This document shows, one piece after another, positions 57,610 through 64,000 of a stretch of DNA of 64,000 nucleotides (position 1 is its first letter; each line of letters opens with the position of its first letter). The DNA lies in the NCBI GenBank assembly GCA_038247415.1, contig JBBRUX010000018.1, positions 1 to 64,000 on the forward strand, given 5' to 3'. The notes under the pieces were generated by a model that saw only the letters and a program-made list of their open reading frames with translations, was not told where the DNA came from and made no database searches. Source of the DNA: Chitinivibrionales bacterium. Lineage in GTDB: Bacteria; Fibrobacterota; Chitinivibrionia; Chitinivibrionales; WJKA01. The translations under genes were made by a program, and so were the position numbers.

Positions 57610-58947
57610 ATGACGCTCTCGGAACCCATCATCTATCCCGAACGTGAGGGAAAATGCGTTGAGCTCAAGGAGAAGATTCCGGACTTCGGGGCACTTCTCA
57701 AAACCTGTGTTGCGTTCGCCAATTGCGCGGGCGGTGAGATCATTCTCGGGGTAGAGGACAGCACCCGCATCGTTCTGGGAATCGACGATACATCGCGCGA
57801 TCGTATATATGACGATTTCCCAAACAGCGTCTACGATTCAGTCAGTCCCGCGTTGACGCCGCAAATCATGGAGCGCAATATCGGGGGTGTGGAAGTTCTA
57901 GTCATCAAGATCTACCCGGGTACCAAGAAACCCTACTTTCTTAAATCAGCAGGGACTCCCCAAGGCATCTGGGTTCGTGTTGGTTCGTCAACGCGTCGAG
58001 CCTCGTCCGAAGTCGTCGAGGAACTCATACGGGAACAGCGTCGTGTCGTATTTGACGAAGAGTCAAGCGAACATGATCGAGCGGTGCTTTCGTCGGAACT
58101 TTTGCATCATTTCTATGGACGGACGACTTCCGAGCGCCGACTCATGGCCGATCATATCCTAGTTGCTTCCGGGGACCGGTTAACTGTCTCTAATGGCGGC
58201 ATTCTCATGTTCTGCGAGAAACCTCAGGACTATATTCCCGAAGCCATTGTTGTATGCACCCGTTTTGCCGGCGTGGATGGTAGGAATATCATAGAAACTA
58301 CCGAATTGTCTGGCCCAGTTCCACAGCTTGTCGATCTGGCGCTAGACTTCACACTCTCCATGATAGAAAGAGACTATGTCCTGAGCGGGGCCCGTCTCAG
58401 CGGAAAATATTTGGTGCCCGCTGAAGCGATACGTGAAGCAATCGTCAACGCTCTCGTTCATCGGAAGTACTCCATAGCGGGATCTGTCAAAATCGCCCGG
58501 TTCGACGACCATCTGGAGATTTTCAGTCCCGGCGCATTCCCTGGGATAATCTCTCTGGCCAACGTGGGCGACGGCACGACATTCCTGCGCAACACCGTGG
58601 TGGCGCGCATCGCGCGGAAGATGAAACTGATGGAAAAGCTGGGGATTGGGATACACATCATGATTGACTCTTGCTTAAAGGCCGGCTTGTCCGCACCCAT
58701 GTTCTCCGAAGATGGCGACTTCGTCAAGGTAACCTTCCGCTTTCGAAAGAATACCGCGGACGCGCCGATTGATCGGAAGCAAATTATTAAAATTATCTGC
58801 GCTGAGGGGGAGATCAGACCCGGAGCACTCCTGCATACCCCCGGGATGACACGAAGGAGCCTGTCCCGCATGCTTTCTTCTCTGGTCAAAGACGGGTTGG
58901 TCGTTCGGCACGGCTCAGGTGCGGGAGTTCGGTATTTTCCGGCTTAG
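57610..58947 (+). CDS. Schlafen/AlbA_2 - HATPase_c_4 (RecG C-terminal-like) - wHTH protein
   Basis: EGKCVELKE, AFANCAGGEIILGVED, REAIVNALVHRKY, IFSPG, MEKLGIG, C-terminal wHTH; GAGGAGG RBS. Confidence 0.9.
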   Translation: MTLSEPIIYPEREGKCVELKEKIPDFGALLKTCVAFANCAGGEIILGVEDSTRIVLGIDDTSRDRIYDDFPNSVYDSVSPALTPQIMERNIGGVEVLVIKIYPGTKKPYFLKSAGTPQGIWVRVGSSTRRASSEVVEELIREQRRVVFDEESSEHDRAVLSSELLHHFYGRTTSERRLMADHILVASGDRLTVSNGGILMFCEKPQDYIPEAIVVCTRFAGVDGRNIIETTELSGPVPQLVDLALDFTLSMIERDYVLSGARLSGKYLVPAEAIREAIVNALVHRKYSIAGSVKIARFDDHLEIFSPGAFPGIISLANVGDGTTFLRNTVVARIARKMKLMEKLGIGIHIMIDSCLKAGLSAPMFSEDGDFVKVTFRFRKNTADAPIDRKQIIKIICAEGEIRPGALLHTPGMTRRSLSRMLSSLVKDGLVVRHGSGAGVRYFPA

Positions 58948-59064
58948 GGTTTGCGTATGTGCCCAAGGATTCTAGCCGGGAACGTCAACTGCTCTGCTTG
59001 AATAATTTCGACGTGGATCTGTACCGCATTGACGGATCCCGCCTCTGGTTAATCCAATATTAAA

Positions 59065-59104
59065 AAGTCATAGCCCTTGCAGGGGATTGCTTGGGCTATG
59101 ACTT
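59065..59104. terminator. 12-bp perfect inverted repeat near the island's right edge
   Basis: AAGTCATAGCCC / GGGCTATGACTT. Confidence 0.6.
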
Positions 59105-59249
59105 ATTTGTTTTAGAGCAGAAAGTAGAGATTTTTTGAACATGCAATACAGCAGACGCCTTCATTTCGCCACAAGATGCTCACGAATCGTATTATTTTAT
59201 AGAGGAAGACCTACAAAGCATTCAAACTTTCATAGAAAATCTAAGAACC

Positions 59250-62192
59250 ATGATCGCCTGCTCACTCACCAAAGACCAAATCCTTTCGGGATTTAAAATT
59301 ACTGAAGTTACACCCATTCCCGAATTGCGCAGCATCGCCATCATTGCAAGCCATATCAAGACCGGCGCGCGCATGGTACATCTATATAATGAAGACCCTA
59401 ATAATCTTTTTACGATAGGTTTCAGAACTCCCGTATCGGATTCTACGGGGGTGCCACACATATTGGAGCATTCGGTTTTATGTGGATCGGAACGCTACCC
59501 GATTAAGGATCCCTTTCAGGAACTGCTCAAGGGGTCGCTGCAAACATTTTTAAATGCACTCACCTACCCCGACAAAACAGTGTATCCAGTTTCATCACAA
59601 GTTGAAAAAGATTTTAATAATTTAATGAGCATTTATTGTGATGCAGTCTTTTTCCCGCTGCTTACGAGAAACACGTTTTTGCAAGAAGGATGGCATTTTG
59701 ATGCGCCTGATGCCAATGGGGAAATTGGAATCAAGGGGATTGTATACAATGAAATGAAAGGCGTTTTTTCGGATTTTCAGAGCCATGCAAGCCGCAATAC
59801 CATGCAGGCGCTCTTTCCCGATACGACATACTTTCATGAGAGCGGTGGCGAACCTGAGCATATTACCGATTTAACCTACGAGGCATTTAAAGATTTTCAT
59901 GCTCGTTATTATCATCCCACCAATTCCTTTATTTTCTTGTATGGAAATGTGCCCTCAGAAAAAACTTTCGAACGCCTTGACAAAGAATATCTGAGCCGAT
60001 TTTCTGCCCGCCCCATAGATTCCGAGATTAAAAAGCAACCGCTCTTTAAACAGGAAACGCGGCTGGATGTAACTGCCCCCAGTAGCCCCGAAGATGACGG
60101 CACTGCAACTGTGACGCTTAATTTTATTTGTGGTAACACTACCGATCCTATCAACGTTCTAACGGGCTCTATTCTTTCGCGCTATTTATTAGGAAGCGAA
60201 CATGCACCACTCAAGCGAGCACTCATAGATTCAGGGCTTGGCGAAGACCTCGATGCTAGTTGTGGATTTGATGCAGAGCTCATACAAACCACTTTTTGTG
60301 CAGGCCTAAGAAAAACCAAGCCCGAACATGCAGAAACTATTCGTTCCATTATTCTTGACACGCTCAAAGACCAGGTCGAAAAAGGTTTCGACCTTCCCCT
60401 TTTGCTTGGGGCCATCAAGCGAACAGAATTTCGCCTCCGCGAGATCACCTCTGGCCATTTCCCTTATAATCTCGGCCTGGCAGAACGCTGCTTTCGATCG
60501 TGGCTTTACGATGGACACCCACTTAACCACCTCGCCTTCGATAAACCAATGTCTTTTATTGCAGCTTCAGATCCCGAATGTTTTTTTAAAAATGCAATCA
60601 AAGAATTTTTTCTTGACAATACTCACCGACTTCTTGCAACCATTCGTGCCTCAAAAGAGCTTGGTGAAGCGTTGGAACCTCAAACGCGGCTGCAAGCAGA
60701 AAAACTTACCGCATCGTTTACATCTGCCGACAAACAAAACGCGCACAAAGTTACCAACACGCTCCTTACAGAACAAAAAAAATTAAATGACCCTGCGCTG
60801 CTTGCGACACTTCCCACATTAAGCCGGGCCGATCTCCCGCTTAAAAACAGGATTATTCCTGTATCGCATGATACTCTTGAAACAGTGCCGGTATATTCCC
60901 ATCCCATATTTACATCAGGGATAACCTATGTAGATATCGGCTTCGATTTTAACGGAATAGATCCGTCTCTAATTCCCTATTTACCGCTTTTCTCGGAACT
61001 TCTTACCCGATGCGGTGCAAACACCTCAACGAGTGCAGAAATGGCCCGACGCATTTCGCTTTCAACCGGCGGAATCTCTTGTTCGTTTGTCTGCGACACC
61101 AACATTCACGCCCCCGAAGAAACGCTGTTGCGCCTTTTTATTCATGGCAAAGCACTCGACTCAAAAACAGATGATCTCGCAACTATACTTTCAGATATTA
61201 TTGTCAAACCAGACTTAGGCGATACGCGACAAATCAAGGAATTGGTTTTTGAACTCCGCAATGATCTCAATGCGTCAATTCTTTACAATGGCCATTCCTT
61301 TGCCACACTACGAGCTTCGGCTTCGTTATCGGCTCTTTCAACTATAAATGAGCAGCTCGAAGGTATTAGCCATCTCAGATTTCTCTCGAATCTCCTTGAA
61401 TCCGACAGCATGGATCTAGTTGCTGAAAATCTTGCGCTCCTTCATGCGTGGCTTATTCAAAAAGAAGCAGCAGTAATTTCTATAACTGCGCAAACACCGT
61501 CGGCCCATCTGGATGCACTTAAAAAACTTGCTCACTCACTCCCAGAAAGTAATCGTTTTAAGCACGATAAACCCTACGAGACCCTAGCGCTCGCCCATCC
61601 TGCTGGTATCGAGATAAACTCGTCTGTCAATTTTGTTGCTCAGGTATTTAAAATTTCTCATGTATCTGCTCAGCAAGCAGCAGGGCTTTTTCTGTTATGC
61701 AGGAATTTGTCGGCCGGATATCTGTGGGACAAGGTTCGGGTAGAGGGTGGCGCATATGGCGGGCGTGCATCTTTTTCTTTGCAGGAACCAATTTTCTCGT
61801 GTTCGTCCTATCGAGACCCCAATATTACAAGTACCCTCGGTCACTTTACTAAAGCATTAAAAAGCATCCTTACCGACCTTACCGAAGAAACGCTTGAGCA
61901 ATCTATTATCGGAACAATTGGAAAATTTGATGCGCCACAAACACCGCATGGTCAAGGGTTGTCGGAAACACTTGCACTCCTTGCGGGGCGAACGGTTTCC
62001 TTTCGTCAAAAAATCCGCGATGCCGTGCTTGATGCCACTGCTTCCGATATCGGGCTCATCGCCACACAAATCTTGGGTACCAAAGAAAATGCCATAGTTA
62101 TATTGGGAAGCAAGGGTGCTTTTGACGGGCTCGAAAAAGAGCATGGTTTTTTTGCATCTCGTGAAGGACTTTCAAACGCCCATGATGATTGA
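59250..62192 (+). CDS. M16C presequence-protease-like metallopeptidase
   Basis: HILEH, FLNALTYPDKTVYP, GIVYNEMKG, VRVEGGAYG, SYRDP. Confidence 0.95.
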   Translation: MIACSLTKDQILSGFKITEVTPIPELRSIAIIASHIKTGARMVHLYNEDPNNLFTIGFRTPVSDSTGVPHILEHSVLCGSERYPIKDPFQELLKGSLQTFLNALTYPDKTVYPVSSQVEKDFNNLMSIYCDAVFFPLLTRNTFLQEGWHFDAPDANGEIGIKGIVYNEMKGVFSDFQSHASRNTMQALFPDTTYFHESGGEPEHITDLTYEAFKDFHARYYHPTNSFIFLYGNVPSEKTFERLDKEYLSRFSARPIDSEIKKQPLFKQETRLDVTAPSSPEDDGTATVTLNFICGNTTDPINVLTGSILSRYLLGSEHAPLKRALIDSGLGEDLDASCGFDAELIQTTFCAGLRKTKPEHAETIRSIILDTLKDQVEKGFDLPLLLGAIKRTEFRLREITSGHFPYNLGLAERCFRSWLYDGHPLNHLAFDKPMSFIAASDPECFFKNAIKEFFLDNTHRLLATIRASKELGEALEPQTRLQAEKLTASFTSADKQNAHKVTNTLLTEQKKLNDPALLATLPTLSRADLPLKNRIIPVSHDTLETVPVYSHPIFTSGITYVDIGFDFNGIDPSLIPYLPLFSELLTRCGANTSTSAEMARRISLSTGGISCSFVCDTNIHAPEETLLRLFIHGKALDSKTDDLATILSDIIVKPDLGDTRQIKELVFELRNDLNASILYNGHSFATLRASASLSALSTINEQLEGISHLRFLSNLLESDSMDLVAENLALLHAWLIQKEAAVISITAQTPSAHLDALKKLAHSLPESNRFKHDKPYETLALAHPAGIEINSSVNFVAQVFKISHVSAQQAAGLFLLCRNLSAGYLWDKVRVEGGAYGGRASFSLQEPIFSCSSYRDPNITSTLGHFTKALKSILTDLTEETLEQSIIGTIGKFDAPQTPHGQGLSETLALLAGRTVSFRQKIRDAVLDATASDIGLIATQILGTKENAIVILGSKGAFDGLEKEHGFFASREGLSNAHDD

Positions 62193-63426
62193 AATTGTCG
62201 GGCTTATAGGACTTCTGGCGCTTTCTGCTTTTTTCTCGGCAGCAGAAACCGCATTTATGTCGATATCAATCATTAAAGCCCGTACGCTTTTTGAAGAAAA
62301 GCGAAAAGGCTCACGTATTCTCTTAAACCTCAAACACCGACAACGCACGGTGCTTATTGCAGTGCTCATCGGCAATAATTCTGTCAATATTGCAAGTGCT
62401 GCCATAGCAACAATTGTATTTACACACTTGTTTGGATCTAATGGCATTGGCATTGCAACAGGGGTTATGACATTCATGATCCTTATTTTTGGAGAAATCA
62501 TCCCTAAAAGTCTTGCCGCCCGTCATGCCGAAGCCATTTCTCTTTTTATTGCTCTTCCCCTTTCGTGGCTGTGCACCCTTTTATTTCCTTTTATCAAGTT
62601 TTTTGAATCGATTGCTCATGTGGCAGCACTGCTGTTTAAAGGAGGAAACGAAGGTATCCTTACGCACGCAGAACTAAAAACAACTATACTTCTTGGAACC
62701 GAAGATGGCGTTCTCACACAAGATATGGCCCATATGATGAGTAGGCTTTTAGAATTTGATGATCGCAAAGTATCACGAATCATGACACCCAAACGCGACA
62801 TTTCTTTTGTAAATGGGCAAGACAGCCTCGAATCGGTTATTGACCACATCATAAAAAGCCCGTTCTCTAAATTTCCGGTGTATCTAGACTCAAAAGAACA
62901 TATTGTTGGTATTTTACACGACGATGACGCACTTAAGACTATTCGATCGGCTAAAAAGGTGCGCTCTGCAAAAGAAATTGCCCGAAAAGCGTGGTTTATT
63001 CCACAATCAAAAGATATAGCCGACATTTTGCCAGAATTTCAAAAGAAAAAAACCACCATTTTCATTGTGATTGACGAATACGGTTCTGTTGTTGGGGTGG
63101 TAACCCTTGCCGATATCCTCGCTGAAATATTTGGCGATCCCCATGATAAAAAGAGTGGCAAAGAAAAACCAGTTTCCGATTGGACTGGCCCCCTCTTACT
63201 TGACGGGAGAGCTAAAGTACGAAAACTTGAAAAATTAACAGGCCTCACGCTTTCTGGAGAACATTTCAATACCATTGGGGGTTTTATGGCACACCGCATT
63301 GGATCGATTCCCCTTAATGGAACAACCGTTGAAATTGGAACATTTAGCCTTACTGTCAAGGATGCAAATGAACGGGAAATTATCGCGGTGATTTTGGAGC
63401 GAAAAGATAAAAGCAAACAGACCTAA
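62182..63426 (+). CDS. Hemolysin-like / CorC-family protein (DUF21-CBS-CorC)
   Basis: SAFFSAAETA, LIGNN, FGEIIPK, IMTPK, VIDEYG, TIGGF. Confidence 0.93.
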   Translation: MMIEIVGLIGLLALSAFFSAAETAFMSISIIKARTLFEEKRKGSRILLNLKHRQRTVLIAVLIGNNSVNIASAAIATIVFTHLFGSNGIGIATGVMTFMILIFGEIIPKSLAARHAEAISLFIALPLSWLCTLLFPFIKFFESIAHVAALLFKGGNEGILTHAELKTTILLGTEDGVLTQDMAHMMSRLLEFDDRKVSRIMTPKRDISFVNGQDSLESVIDHIIKSPFSKFPVYLDSKEHIVGILHDDDALKTIRSAKKVRSAKEIARKAWFIPQSKDIADILPEFQKKKTTIFIVIDEYGSVVGVVTLADILAEIFGDPHDKKSGKEKPVSDWTGPLLLDGRAKVRKLEKLTGLTLSGEHFNTIGGFMAHRIGSIPLNGTTVEIGTFSLTVKDANEREIIAVILERKDKSKQT

Positions 63427-63501
63427 GTCGTTGTACTCAACGTATATTAAAAAAACGCCAAGTTTTTCACACAAGCATTACTTCTTAAAGGAGATTTTTC
63501 G

Positions 63502-64000
63502 ATGAATCCCATCTTAAAGAGCTTTCGATCCATCTCTCTTCTTGCCCTTATCAGTTGCGTGCCCACCCTCTATGCCGCCGCGTCGGCGACCGATGATTTA
63601 AAAGCACGCATAACCACGCTCGAATTTAAACTAGAAGCGATCCAGACACGGCTCGATAAACTCGAAAACAAAGGTGAAACAAAACCATCTGCAGTGCAGC
63701 CTCAAACACAAATCGGGCCTGCCCCAACACCTTCTCCTATTTCTGTAGTGCTTATCAAAAAATCGCTCGAACAAACCGAACCCTCGGCATCAACAACAAA
63801 ACAGATCAGCCTTATGCTGTTGTTCAAGAATTCAAGCGGCAAAGATATTGTTTCATTCACGGGAGTTATGCATTTCTTCGACCTCACCAAAAAAGAGCTT
63901 ATCTCATTTGAATTACCGCTCGAACAGGTGATACCCAATGGCAAAGAATCGAGCTGGCTTGGACAATTGGACGCTGTGCCAGCATTGGGCAATTATGCAG
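63502..64000 (+). CDS. Exported hypothetical protein, runs off the window end
   Basis: AAGGAG RBS, ATG 63502, signal peptide, coiled coil, open frame to the end. Confidence 0.75.
   Translation, partial: MNPILKSFRSISLLALISCVPTLYAAASATDDLKARITTLEFKLEAIQTRLDKLENKGETKPSAVQPQTQIGPAPTPSPISVVLIKKSLEQTEPSASTTKQISLMLLFKNSSGKDIVSFTGVMHFFDLTKKELISFELPLEQVIPNGKESSWLGQLDAVPALGNYA

Noticed and set aside
58953..59063. Short open frame AYVPKDSSRERQLLCLNNFDVDLYRIDGSRLWLIQY at the island edge
   Set aside because: May be another gene stub, but it has no clear start and no motif I recognise.
59109..59118. GTTTTAGAGC, identical to the start of a type II-A CRISPR repeat
   Set aside because: Single 10-nt match, no array, tracrRNA or cas9; consistent with chance.
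1128..63992. Many 60-215 aa ORFs antisense to or nested in long genes (e.g. 18747-19394, 45601-46212, 63702-63992)
   Set aside because: Shadow frames of well-supported genes with no motifs or RBS of their own.

Overview
64 kb of bacterial chromosome, about 40-45% GC by spot counts. Gene content points to Fibrobacterota, probably Chitinivibrionia/Chitinispirillia (inference). The signs are secreted proteins sharing a basic C-terminal D/N-GR tail, a PorV-like barrel, a GltF-like protein, a GntR+LacI hybrid regulator and flagellar genes. Housekeeping and envelope genes include RNase D-like, xseA, uppP, rfaD, cobO, fprA, a DEAD-box helicase, an M16C peptidase and a CorC-family protein. The window also has a flagellar sigma-54 two-component operon, a pseudokinase-led envelope operon, a TonB-dependent uptake module preceded by an unrecognised structured leader RNA, and a laminaribiose-phosphorylase-like GH94 enzyme. 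From about 41.5 to 55.7 kb several glycan-use genes are eroded by deletions, frameshifts or stops. A higher-GC island (about 53.5-59.1 kb) carries 23-bp direct repeats, a double-wHTH regulator and a Schlafen/AlbA_2 gene with a six-copy 9-mer array upstream. I found no rRNA, tRNA, CRISPR array, integrase or transposase. All family calls come from motif recognition, not database searches.
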